From Rhodospirillales bacterium (GTDB taxonomy: Bacteria > Pseudomonadota > Alphaproteobacteria > Bin95), in the NCBI GenBank assembly GCA_038143065.1, contig JAYQLI010000033.1:37906-101905 (forward strand): a stretch of 64,000 bases of DNA, read 5' to 3'. The notes below the pieces were generated by a model. That model saw only the letters and a list, made by a program, of their open reading frames with translations. It was not told the origin of the DNA and searched no databases. Shown here one piece after another: positions 45,833 to 55,686 of this stretch (position 1 is its first letter; each line of letters opens with the position of its first letter). The position numbers were made by a program, and so were the translations under genes.

Positions 45833-46570
45833 ATGAATTTTGATATTATGTCTAAAGCGATGGAGCGTGGCGCAGAATTCTCGCATGCGACACATTTTGC
45901 TGAGATTTTTGATAACCCACTAATGCACGAAACAGAAGATGGTGATCCAGTTGAAGGCTGGGAACATTTATTTGAGCGCTCAGAATGGGGGGGCATATTT
46001 GTCCCAACAAGCAATCATATCGATCTGATTTTTAAAGACGATAAATCTGAGGCTACTGTTTCAGTACGTGAATTCGTTGCATGGCAGCTCCTGCATGCTA
46101 GTAATTTCTTTGTATATTACGTCATTAATAAGGTTGATGGATCATCCATAGCACGAGATCTATATGAGAATTTTGACAATGACGAACCACAGTCTTGGAA
46201 TGGCGACGAATTGCCCGAATATTGGGTATCTGATGCTGAAGGAGATTGGTTAGTCGAATATAACTCTGACAGTCTTGACCAAGGCATATCATTTATCCAG
46301 CGTTGCAAAGAAGAAAAACCAATCGAATTCGCATTCAAGCTTGCTGATTATATATTGGATGGATCATGCAGCCTTACCAATAATGAATGGTATGAAACAG
46401 ATTTAATCGAAAATTTCGACGAACGTTCAAATTACGATAACTGGTCTGTAAAAATAATGTGTGTTGCTACTGGTAAATTTTTTACTGAAATCGAAAGTGG
46501 GTTTTCACAAGTAATGATGCGTGAAAACAAAGTCTTCTCCTACTGCATTCGAAACTACGACGAAGATTGA
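45833..46570 (+). CDS. acidic hypothetical protein (245 aa)
   Basis: Uninterrupted ORF with RBS, co-oriented behind the integrase; AT-rich. Confidence 0.7.
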   Translation: MNFDIMSKAMERGAEFSHATHFAEIFDNPLMHETEDGDPVEGWEHLFERSEWGGIFVPTSNHIDLIFKDDKSEATVSVREFVAWQLLHASNFFVYYVINKVDGSSIARDLYENFDNDEPQSWNGDELPEYWVSDAEGDWLVEYNSDSLDQGISFIQRCKEEKPIEFAFKLADYILDGSCSLTNNEWYETDLIENFDERSNYDNWSVKIMCVATGKFFTEIESGFSQVMMRENKVFSYCIRNYDED

Positions 46571-47097
46571 GAGTGCTTCTTAAAAGGATAAAAGCCTATA
46601 AATTGTGGGATTCTTGAATTTGCTAATCGTGGCGAAATTGGCATTTTCCCAAGAGGAAGCTGGCATTATTTCGAGCAAAATACATATTCAGCCGGAGTTT
46701 GGTCAGCCATCCAAAAGCTTGTTAACCTAACGCCAGGTCGGTTTGTTGCAAAAGCATGGCGAGGACGGGGCTACGATGGTCAGGCGTTTAACCCTCAAGA
46801 AACCTAATAATTGATGTTGTAATCGTTTTCTTTGTTAAACCTCTAATTGCTAGTTAAATATCACTTTACAGCACAAAAATTGATATTTTTTAAACTTCAC
46901 ATAAACCACGTTCGTAAGATTTTGCCTTTAGGAGGTCAAAGATCTGTAGTTTACCAATAAAGTTGTGCGCTTGACGAGTATCTCCTTTTCACAAGCTCTT
47001 AACTGCTTTGAGTTTGGCAAATTCTTCTTGAGCCATTCGCGTTGTTTAAGTGCTCTATGAAGCTGCTTTTCAACAGCTCTGGCTTTTTGCTTGGCCA

Positions 47098-47663
47098 TTA
47101 CAGCAACTCTACAGCGTTTGCGAGCTGTGTATCATTCACATCTATGTAGCGTTGCGTTACGGAGATATGTTGATGCCCAGCTAGAGTAGCTAGCAAGCGC
47201 ACATTTACGCCTGAGTTGGCAAGTTTAGTAATAAATGTCCTGCGACCACTGTGTGAGCTTGCATGCTCAAAGCCACAAGCTTTATAGATGTCTAAGAACA
47301 GCTGACACATGGTGTTGGCAGAAAAGTGCCCACCTTTTGACTAGGGAAAAGGGCGCGTTCTGGCTGAGTTAGATTACTCTGTTCACCATAGTCTTTTAGC
47401 GCTTTTCGGAGCTTGGCATTGACGAACACTGTTCTCGCATTGCCACCTTTGGTATTTCGCTGTGCAAGCTGGAATTGGGATTTAACGCTTCCATCTTCAT
47501 CAAACACATCGCCAAGCTTCAGCGCTGCTAGCTCCATTGCGCGAAGCCCTGTGTGCAATGAGAACAGCACGATTGTCCTGTCTCTTGTGGGATGACGCCT
47601 TGTGGCGCAATACTGCAGAACGCGCTTTTGCTGAGCGTCTGTGAGTGTCATAGCCTGTTTCAT
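47098..47663 (-). CDS. small catalytic-domain-only tyrosine recombinase, frameshifted
   Basis: TGLRAMEL, TKGG, SHSGRRT, LAGH, TQRY. Confidence 0.9.
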
Positions 47664-48361
47664 TTAGGAACTCCGAAAATCTAATAGTTTATGTTCCACT
47701 ATTATATTTTCTGAGATATTGGCTTTCCTACCGAAAATGGTATATATGAATATCTAAATGAATTCATATAGTTAACCAATAACCTCATAGAATGTATATT
47801 TTCTTATGTTTTATGAGTGTTGCTACGTGATGAATTAAAGTGTCAGCTTCGCTAACACTACTTGTGCTGTTTGTTCTTTCGCATTCGCTCAATCACATAC
47901 AGCACAGCGTATTTTATTTGCATCGTTATTGATTTGGCTCATTTAGATTGTGTTCAGTCGTAAGAAGGCTACACAGCCTCCTTACAACCTAATGTCTCAT
48001 TTGAGTCGCTACATCAGTCGCTGTTGTCATCTGCCTTCTTCGATTGAAGCTTGGTAGGGGTTGGGCTGTGCTACCTATACAGATGTAAGAACCAACGCAA
48101 CACACGACACAACAACAGATGTGCTGTGTGCTCTTGTATTAACTACAAGCATTTCCTCTTACGTATTTTGTAAAGCGAATATGTAAGTTCCGCTGAATAT
48201 GTGCTGACAAAATCCGTTGGCGACAACCCTTGTTGGCAAACTCGATGTCATTTTGTGGGGCACTTTATAGCCTTATCTGCCTTTTGTTTTGCCTTTATCG
48301 CTAAATACATTGTGCGCAGTTTTTAACGCACATTGTTATTTAGCAACTTGAGGAGAAAACC

Positions 48362-48682
48362 ATGTCGAAAACGGTTTTATTTGAAGTTTTTGAACTGCTG
48401 AAATCACAGGGATTGGTCTCAACAGAAAATGAATTCAGCAAAGACTGGCTAGCACGAAGCGAAAGCTATGCAAGAGGCCTTACGTTCAATGATGCTGAGC
48501 CAAGCATTGCAACCATGGCGCTGTTGGCAAGCAAGCTTCAGTATTATGGCGAGAGGCTGTTAAGCCAGCAAACTGAGCAGCATCGTGCGTTGGGAGAGAA
48601 GTTTCTGTCATATAGCCAAATCTGTCACAGCAAGATCAACGAGCGTTGTGTAGATCGATGGCAACGAGTGATGGCGGCCTAA
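48362..48682 (+). CDS. DUF6626-like putative DNA-binding protein
   Basis: EFSKDWLARSESYARGL...EPS pattern; GAGGAG RBS. Confidence 0.6.
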   Translation: MSKTVLFEVFELLKSQGLVSTENEFSKDWLARSESYARGLTFNDAEPSIATMALLASKLQYYGERLLSQQTEQHRALGEKFLSYSQICHSKINERCVDRWQRVMAA

Positions 48683-48686
48683 TCAA

Positions 48687-49077
48687 ATGGAATACAAAGA
48701 TGACATGAGGCGTTTGATAGACATAGTAAAAAAAATGAGCTTTGAAGCGCCTTTGGAGCAAACACTGGATGATCTAAAAACTCTATCCAACGCAACGCAT
48801 GAGCTAACTGATCGGATAGAAATGCGTGTCAGAAAAAGCCTTCAGCCTGCAGATAAACCAAAATCAAAGAAGCCCAAGAAAGCAAAACAGCCAAAGGTGA
48901 GGCCATTTCCCTTCTGTTACACCGCCACCTTCCCAGCCACAAAAGGCACTACCTACAGCTAATCCTGTTACGACGTCAGCTATCAGCGCTGGCGACTACG
49001 AGCGCATAAGGCAGGATTTTACCTCCAAGCAGAACGCTCTTGTGCCTATTAAGCCATCACCGCCGTTAGGCAGTTAA
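48687..49077 (+). CDS. hypothetical protein with Lys/Pro-rich linker, frameshifted
   Basis: ORF 48687-48962 continues in another frame to a stop near 49077. Confidence 0.5.
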
Positions 49078-49203
49078 CGCAATAAGAAGTGAGGTGTATG
49101 GAAATATATAAAATCCATACACCTAAATATTGCTTAGCCATTTGGTTGACGGAGAGACGGACAGGCTATGTGAGGTTGGGTAAAAATAATGCTCAGATTC
49201 CTA

Positions 49204-49884
49204 TTAGACCTTAGAGTAAATAAAGTCATCTAACGCTCGTGCTACGTCTCTCCAACTGCCACTTGTTGTTGAAAGCAGCCGAAGCAGATAACTCTGCTCA
49301 ACAACGATGCCTTGTGCTTTGAGAATGTCGCTTGCCCTTTCACAGACAGCATTGGGAGAAAGGCTCTTTATTTCAACTTCATCAGCTCGATCTCTGATGC
49401 CTTTGTCTAGGGCATGGATGTGATTTGTTGTCAAAATCACACAGCCAATTGCGTTGTCCATGAATGCACGTAGATGATGTTGATTGATTTCGGAAAGCTG
49501 GTCCGCTTCATCTATCACGGCATATGGCGTGTTAATGCCCATCATCTGCTGGATGTTAAATCCATTTGAAATCCGAAGCAGATAGCGCTCCATCTCTATG
49601 CTGGCGTCACGGGCATGGATAACATCAACAAAGCCAGCAGTTTCATCATCACATCTAGTCTCTGCGATGATCTTAGCTGCAGTTGATTTGCCAGTGCCGT
49701 AATCTCCATAAAGAATGATGTGTCCATCACGCTTGCCGCTGGCGTAGGCAAAAAGGCGCTGCTTGATGCATTCTTCCTCAAACACAAGGTCTGAGAACTG
49801 ATTTGGCTGAAAGTTTTGGTTAAGCATGGTGTTGTCCTCTGTGTTTGGTGAAGTAGGTGACTGAGGCGCAATAGCCCCAGTCAC
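49204..49884 (-). CDS. AAA+ ATPase (clamp-loader/RarA-like)
   Basis: Walker A GDYGTGKS, Walker B VIDEAD, ILTTN, IRDR, GSWR. Confidence 0.85.
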   Translation of the reverse strand: MTGAIAPQSPTSPNTEDNTMLNQNFQPNQFSDLVFEEECIKQRLFAYASGKRDGHIILYGDYGTGKSTAAKIIAETRCDDETAGFVDVIHARDASIEMERYLLRISNGFNIQQMMGINTPYAVIDEADQLSEINQHHLRAFMDNAIGCVILTTNHIHALDKGIRDRADEVEIKSLSPNAVCERASDILKAQGIVVEQSYLLRLLSTTSGSWRDVARALDDFIYSKV

Positions 49885-49895
49885 TCAAGTTTCAG

Positions 49896-50651
49896 TTAGG
49901 CTGCTTCTTTCTCAGCAATCACTGTTCTGCGATTTTCAAGCATTTGCTTTCGACCAGATGCTTGTTTCGCTTCCTCGACAATTGCACTCAGGGATTTGCC
50001 TGCTTGGGCAAGTGCAGCTTTCAGTATCGTTTGGTTGTTGGTACCAAACACAACGCTGCCTTTTCCATTGCGCTCTTTGCGCACAATTGCGACAGAGAAC
50101 TCATAGGCACTTTCATTGTGAGGTGCCAATTCCTCACTGATTTTGAATGTTTCAACAAGCCCAGGTCTCGTTTCCAATACCTCTACCGCAAAGGCGATTT
50201 GCTCGTTTCGCTTTTGAGTTGGTGTTTGACCATTTTGTGACTTGCGGATTTCTTCAATTCCGCCAGCTTCTGCAACAAAGCTTTTCATGCTTTGTAGTTC
50301 ACCTTTTTGCTCTGCTGCTACAATAAGCACTCGGGCATAGGTGTATGCGCGTTTACCGCAATCTCCAAAAATCAGTCGCACAATCTTGGTGGCGAGACTG
50401 GTATTGCTCCGCATCATAATATCGCGTTCTTCGAGAATGAGATTTAGCTTTTTGACAAGCGAACGATGTGCGCGAACTTCTTTGAATAGATCTACACATT
50501 CATCAAGCAGCACATAGAGCTCTTCATTTGATGCTTTGTAGGTTCCATTCTCCCAAGTTTCACGCTTGGTTGTGAGCGAATCAATCCAAGTGCTGATGTT
50601 GGCATGGTTTGAAGCAGTTTTAGTTGTTTGTGTTTTAGTCATGATATTCAC
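49896..50651 (-). CDS. hypothetical helical protein (element backbone)
   Basis: Intact 251-aa ORF upstream of the AAA gene. Confidence 0.7.
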   Translation of the reverse strand: MNIMTKTQTTKTASNHANISTWIDSLTTKRETWENGTYKASNEELYVLLDECVDLFKEVRAHRSLVKKLNLILEERDIMMRSNTSLATKIVRLIFGDCGKRAYTYARVLIVAAEQKGELQSMKSFVAEAGGIEEIRKSQNGQTPTQKRNEQIAFAVEVLETRPGLVETFKISEELAPHNESAYEFSVAIVRKERNGKGSVVFGTNNQTILKAALAQAGKSLSAIVEEAKQASGRKQMLENRRTVIAEKEAA

Positions 50652-50760
50652 CTTTCGTGTTTTGTTGTGATGCGTGATTGCATCGATAATATGAATATCG
50701 CACAGAAAATGACGCCAAATTGTTGTTCATTTATATAAATAAATATGGCATCATATTTTT

Positions 50761-51525
50761 ATGAAAAAGTCTCGTGCCAACCGTCCTCTATTCTTCGTAT
50801 ATGCGCCGCCCTTGAAGGGAAAGCGGCCAAGCAATCGCCGCGCCGTAGAGCCGCCATATCAGGGTGCGCCTGCTTGGAAATGCTCAGTCTACTATTACTG
50901 GTGGGAGTATCTACGCCGTCATGAGGGATACAGGCAAACCTGTGAGAGCGCGGGCAGGGGCAAATATGCAGATCTCTACGCTGACTTCGGCAATGTGCAT
51001 GAGGGTGTTTTTTGGAGTTGGTGGACAGAACATGCAGAATTATTTGCAGAGCCACCAATTAGACATGTGTCTGTTGAACACAGTGTTTCAACAGATCAAA
51101 ACACGCTCACCATGTCTATTCCATTAGAGAACAAACTATCTGTCTCAATGAAGCAAATTCGGCGTTTGTTGGAGCCTCAGGTTCAAAAAGCCGCTCGCAA
51201 AAAAACACTGAGCTTGGCAAAGTATCCTGTGGCAACCAAGCCTGTGTTGAGAACGCTGCATGAGCATTTGTTGGTTTGGGATGCGAAAAAACAGAACCCA
51301 ACGGCACATGACAGTGAGCTTGCTGATATAGCAGGCATATCAGTGAATGAAGTTGTGAATGGAGAGACTGTCGCTGAGCTCAGAGCAGAAGATCTGCCAA
51401 CCAGAGACTTAGAGCGTGTGATCAAGCGCCGTAAACAGTTGGCAGTTCAGCGACATCTTCGGATTGCAGAGCAATATATAGAGCATGTTGCCTTGGGAGA
51501 GTTTCCGAAGAGAGAAGGGCGATGA
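50761..51525 (+). CDS. hypothetical, probable element regulator
   Basis: YYYWWEYLRRHEGY motif and C-terminal HTH-like SELADIAGIS; divergent from 49896-50651. Confidence 0.6.
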   Translation: MKKSRANRPLFFVYAPPLKGKRPSNRRAVEPPYQGAPAWKCSVYYYWWEYLRRHEGYRQTCESAGRGKYADLYADFGNVHEGVFWSWWTEHAELFAEPPIRHVSVEHSVSTDQNTLTMSIPLENKLSVSMKQIRRLLEPQVQKAARKKTLSLAKYPVATKPVLRTLHEHLLVWDAKKQNPTAHDSELADIAGISVNEVVNGETVAELRAEDLPTRDLERVIKRRKQLAVQRHLRIAEQYIEHVALGEFPKREGR

Positions 51526-51551
51526 TTATAGGGTGATGTTTATTAACTCTG

Positions 51552-52135
51552 TTATGGCCTTGAAACAATTTCCATCAGCTTGCCGTAATCAGTCACAACA
51601 TCATATTTCACATTATCTTGGTTTATTTGACGGCCAAGTTCATGGAAGAATTTTCTAGCACAATCAATTTTTGACTTTTCAATTTGCCTCAAATCCATTG
51701 ATGACATGCTGCCCTTTGTCTCAGCAACAAAGTAGATGTGCCTTACGCTACCTTCTTTGAAAGAAATAGCCCAGTCAGGATTATAATCGCCTACAGGCGT
51801 AGGTATAAGAAATCCTCTAGGTAGTTTTGCATAGACAACGACCTCTTCGCTGTTATCCAGCTCCTGCACAAAGCTCTTCTCAATTTCTGAGTCTGTTACA
51901 ACATAGTCATAGACGTGCTTCTTCAACTGTTCAGAGGCGTTTTTGAAGTCTTGTCGGCTTTGGTTGGCTGTAAATATGTCGATGTCATAGCGTTCATCCA
52001 GAGCGCTATATTCTAGCTTCTCAATGATTATCGTTGATTTTTGCTCTCGGATGATGCGTGACGCTTCGGCAATGAAATGCTCAGGATTTTCCTTAAACTG
52101 CGCAAAAATAGCTTTCTCTATTTGCTGCAGGGTCT
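51552..52135 (-). pseudogene. C-terminal endonuclease fragment of a type III restriction enzyme Res subunit
   Basis: [37 protein letters not shown]; no helicase part. Confidence 0.85.
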
Positions 52136-52314
52136 GAGCTGAAATCAAATTTGCGAGCCTTGGCCACAAACTGAAGTTTAGCCAAATCAGGTTCTGAAAA
52201 GTCCCTGTAACCCGTGTCAACAGCAACGTTGGGTTTGATGATACCTACATCGCTATAATATCTTACAGCTTTTACTGTTAAGCCGGATAGTTTTGCGGCT
52301 TTACCTATATTCAT
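52136..52314 (-). pseudogene. cueR: CueR-like regulator, N-terminal HTH only
   Basis: MNIGKAAKLSGLTVKAVRYY...GYRDF...KARKFDFS, then abrupt junction to the Res fragment. Confidence 0.85.
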
Positions 52315-52321
52315 TTTTCTC

Positions 52322-52352
52322 TTGACTCTCCCCTAACAGGAATATTTAGAAA
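52322..52352 (+). promoter_or_regulatory. CueR-type promoter of the copper operon
   Basis: TTGACT-19 bp (CTCCCCTAACAGGAATATT)-TAGAAA, divergent from cueR. Confidence 0.6.
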
Positions 52353-52391
52353 CTCAAAATCTTAATCGCAATTTCAAACAGGGTCAAAAAA

Positions 52392-52670
52392 ATGATGTTT
52401 CCTAAAAGCACCAGACTGATAATGGCAATTTGCTGCTTGGTTATGCTTGTTCCGGTTTTGGGGCTTCTGGCCTCCGGGCTACCATTCTCAAACGTGGGAA
52501 CCTATGTGTCGGCCGCTGTACCGATGGGCCTGTGTGTCGCTGGGCATTTCATGCTGCACCGAACTTTCCAACGGAAGGCCGGCGACCGCGACATTCCTGC
52601 AACACCAAGATTTTTACCTTCACCACCTCCACCTAGATTGCTACCCGCACCCCGGAAATTCGACAGCTAA
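52392..52670 (+). CDS. small membrane protein with Cys/His/Met (DUF2933-like)
   Basis: Two TMs, ICC and CVAGHFMLH. Confidence 0.55.
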   Translation: MMFPKSTRLIMAICCLVMLVPVLGLLASGLPFSNVGTYVSAAVPMGLCVAGHFMLHRTFQRKAGDRDIPATPRFLPSPPPPRLLPAPRKFDS

Positions 52671-52688
52671 AGCCGGAACGGTACGACC

Positions 52689-53138
52689 ATGGCAACAACG
52701 ATCCCACAATCAATGGGCATCAATTGGCGATGCGGACATACCTGGAAGCGCGCCTCCTATAATACTGCATGGTGTCTTTTAGGATGCGTCATTGGTGATT
52801 TTGGCACCATTGCCTACTTTCAGTTCTGGGGTCCTGACTGGCCGGTTCTGGCAATTATGTCGTTGGCCATCTTCAACGGCATACTGACCTCCATTGCGCT
52901 TGAAACCTTCATTCTTGCGAGGCAGATGGCGTTTCGCCCGGCTTTCAGGACGGCGGTCGGCATGTCGCTTGTGTCCATGATTTCAATGGAAGCCGCCATG
53001 AACATCACGGATGTGGTGCTCACCGGAGGCGCCATACTGACCTGGTGGGTTATCCCCATCATGCTTCTAGCGGGTTTTATTACGCCGCTCCCCTACAACT
53101 ACTGGCGCCTCAAGGCGCTGGGCAAAGCCTGTCATTGA
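52689..53138 (+). CDS. DUF4396-like membrane protein
   Basis: NTAWCLLGCVIGD, MSLVSMISME, PLPYNYW. Confidence 0.8.
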   Translation: MATTIPQSMGINWRCGHTWKRASYNTAWCLLGCVIGDFGTIAYFQFWGPDWPVLAIMSLAIFNGILTSIALETFILARQMAFRPAFRTAVGMSLVSMISMEAAMNITDVVLTGGAILTWWVIPIMLLAGFITPLPYNYWRLKALGKACH

Positions 53139-53153
53139 AAGGTTGCTTTTGAA

Positions 53154-53935
53154 ATGCTTGCCATAACCACACAAAGACTGCTGCCGTCCCTGCTTTCACT
53201 GGCCCTGCTCCTTGGCTCTATATTCTTTCCACCTTTGGCTCGAGCCGAAGGCAGCGCCGGGACCCAGGTTTTCACCTTCGATGAAACCGACAGGATCAAG
53301 GAATTGATTGTCGAGACCCTAATGGAAAGGCCGGAAATTCTGATTGAAATGAGCCAACTTCTCCAGCAGAGGCAAGCAGAGGCGCAAAAAGAAGACGCCA
53401 GGTCGGCGATCCTGTCGAACCGCGAACGCCTGTTTGAGGATGACAATGCACCTGTGCTTGGCAACCCCGATGGAGACGTTACCGTTGTTGAATTCTTCGA
53501 CTACAACTGCCCCTATTGCAAGAAGGCAACCGGTCCTCTCAAAGAGTTGATCGGCACAGATGGCGGCGTCCGGCTCGTTTACCGCGAATGGCCTATACTC
53601 AATGAAGGGTCTGTCTTTGCGGCGAAAGCGGCTCTCGCATCCGAGGCCCAGGGGAAGTACGAGGAATTTCATTGGGCTTTGATGGATCTGAAGCGCGTCA
53701 CGAGGGACTCCACCCTGGAATTGGCTGAGTCGATCGGGCTCGACATCGACAAGCTCCAGGCCGACATGGAAGCGCCCCGGATCAACAAGCATATCGAGGA
53801 TTCAATGGCTCTCGCGCGGGAGTTGGGGTTCTCGGGGACGCCTTCATTTGTGATTGGGGAAGAGACTGCTCCCGGTCTTATTCCTCTCGAGGAGTTAAGG
53901 CGGCTTGTTCAGCTTCAAAGGAGTCTGCGTCGTGA
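53154..53935 (+). CDS. DsbA/Com1-like (ScsC-type) thiol-disulfide oxidoreductase
   Basis: GNPDGDVTVVEFFDYNCPYCK, GTPSF; probable 3' frameshift. Confidence 0.9.
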
Positions 53936-54405
53936 AAAAATCCCATATCCTTACAATCGTCGGCACTGTCGCGTCGCTCGGACTCGTATACCACCTTGCA
54001 TCTCCCGTCGAACAGGCGACAGCCAGCGTTACACTCAAGCCCAATGAGCAAGTGGTCGTGGCTCTGGGTGAACAGGTTTACGCCCAAAACTGCGCCTCAT
54101 GTCACGGTGCAAAGCTGGAAGGTCAGGCAAACTGGCGCCAGCGCGGCCTCAACGGGTACATGCCGGCGCCGCCCCACGACGAAACCGGGCATACCTGGCA
54201 TCATCCGGATTCCTACCTGTTCACGATGACCAAATACGGCATCGAAAAGATGATCGGCAAACCCTACCCAAATAACATGCCTGCTTATGAAGACAAGCTC
54301 ACGGATGAAGAAATCTTAGCTGTGCTTTCTTACATAAAAAGCACCTGGTCTGGCCGCACACAGCGTCAGCACGACCAAATAAACGCACGCGCCAAAGCAC
54401 AATAA
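53932..54405 (+). CDS. c-type cytochrome
   Basis: CASCH, APPHDETGHTWHHPD, MPAY. Confidence 0.9.
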   Translation: MKKSHILTIVGTVASLGLVYHLASPVEQATASVTLKPNEQVVVALGEQVYAQNCASCHGAKLEGQANWRQRGLNGYMPAPPHDETGHTWHHPDSYLFTMTKYGIEKMIGKPYPNNMPAYEDKLTDEEILAVLSYIKSTWSGRTQRQHDQINARAKAQ

Positions 54406-54418
54406 GGAGATTACTTCA

Positions 54419-54814
54419 ATGTTCAGAAATTTTTTATTGACCATGCTTATTATTCTGCCAATGGCAGCACATGCTCATTCTCCGCTTTCTTCATCCTTTC
54501 CAAGTGATGGCGAGACATTAGATGTGGCGCCTGTTGAAATCGTTATGGATTTTAAAGCATCAGCTAAGCTCATTAAGGTTGAGTTAATGATGTCAAAGGA
54601 CAAAGAAGGTAATGGTTTTTTAGGTGGGCTGTTTGGAGGTGATGATGGTGAACCAGTGCCGCTTGGCAAGAGCTTTCTGATGTCCATGAATAAGCGCCAA
54701 GTAATACCAATGCCATCGTTGGGAGAGGGAGATTACTCTCTTTCATGGCGTGCGATGGGGGAAGATGGCCATGTCATAAAAGGAGAGCTTACTTTCAAAG
54801 TCGGTGGTAAATGA
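54419..54814 (+). CDS. copC: copper resistance protein CopC
   Basis: AHA-HSPL N-terminal His after signal peptide; WRAMGEDGH. Confidence 0.9.
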   Translation: MFRNFLLTMLIILPMAAHAHSPLSSSFPSDGETLDVAPVEIVMDFKASAKLIKVELMMSKDKEGNGFLGGLFGGDDGEPVPLGKSFLMSMNKRQVIPMPSLGEGDYSLSWRAMGEDGHVIKGELTFKVGGK

Positions 54815-55685
54815 GATGGATGTTTGGATTGTCATTAACCCTATTCTAAAAGTGCTTTTATATGGTGCTAGCTTTTTAAGTGTAGGGTCTTTCTTTTTCA
54901 GTCTTCACTTTGCGAAACATCTCACAGTAGCGCAGAAGGACTATTGTAATACTCTTGCCGTTAAAACTGCCTTCGTCGGTGCAGTAACATCTTTGTTAAT
55001 GGTTCTTTCTGTGGCTGGCAATCTAGGAGGTGATATTGCCTCTGTTATTGAGCCTCTTATGTTACAGCTCGCGCTAGAATCAAAGTCTGGCGCTGGTTAT
55101 GTAACGGTATTTCTAGGTTTCACGGGCATGTTGATAGCGTATCGTCTAAGAGGCAATGCAAACAGCGTTGGGTTGCTGATTAGTTCTGCCGCTATAATGC
55201 TTTCATTTACAATGTCTGGTCATTCACAGTTGGGTGGCTTTCTGTCACAGTCACTTTTGATGATACATCTGTTTGGTATAGCGTTCTGGCTTGGTGCGCT
55301 ATTACCATTCCGCTGGATGTGTTTGCAGCATGATACACATAATCTAAACATTATTGCGCATCGGTTTGGGGTCTTAGCTTTGGGGTATGTTAGTTTGCTT
55401 CTCAGCGCTGGATTAGGTTATGCCTATCTTCTTCTGGGTGATATCTCTCTACTTTTTACAACGCAATATGGAAATGTTCTTCTTGTAAAGGTTGTGTTGG
55501 TGATGTCGCTATTGTCATTGGCAGCTCTTAATAAATTTAAGCTGGTGCCATCATTGGAATCAAAGCAGACAAACGCTGTTATGCAATTTCATAGGTCAGT
55601 CCAGTTTGAAATTGCCATTGCCCTCATAATCTTAATAGCTTCTAGTCTGTTAACCACGTCTATGACGCTGCCCATGGGAATGTGA
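54813..55685 (+). CDS. copD: copper resistance membrane protein CopD
   Basis: SGHS, HLFGIAFWLG, YGNVLLVK, LAALNK. Confidence 0.88.
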   Translation, partial: EMDVWIVINPILKVLLYGASFLSVGSFFFSLHFAKHLTVAQKDYCNTLAVKTAFVGAVTSLLMVLSVAGNLGGDIASVIEPLMLQLALESKSGAGYVTVFLGFTGMLIAYRLRGNANSVGLLISSAAIMLSFTMSGHSQLGGFLSQSLLMIHLFGIAFWLGALLPFRWMCLQHDTHNLNIIAHRFGVLALGYVSLLLSAGLGYAYLLLGDISLLFTTQYGNVLLVKVVLVMSLLSLAALNKFKLVPSLESKQTNAVMQFHRSVQFEIAIALIILIASSLLTTSMTLPMGM

Positions 55686-55686
55686 A

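Noticed and set aside
51552-52226. Functional type III restriction-modification system or a 224-aa standalone nuclease
   Set aside because: No mod gene or helicase domain; the ORF's 5' part is out-of-frame cueR sequence
53936-54047. C-terminal extension of DsbA overlapping the cytochrome c gene
   Set aside because: Explained by one frameshift before a GTGA stop/start overlap at 53932-53935
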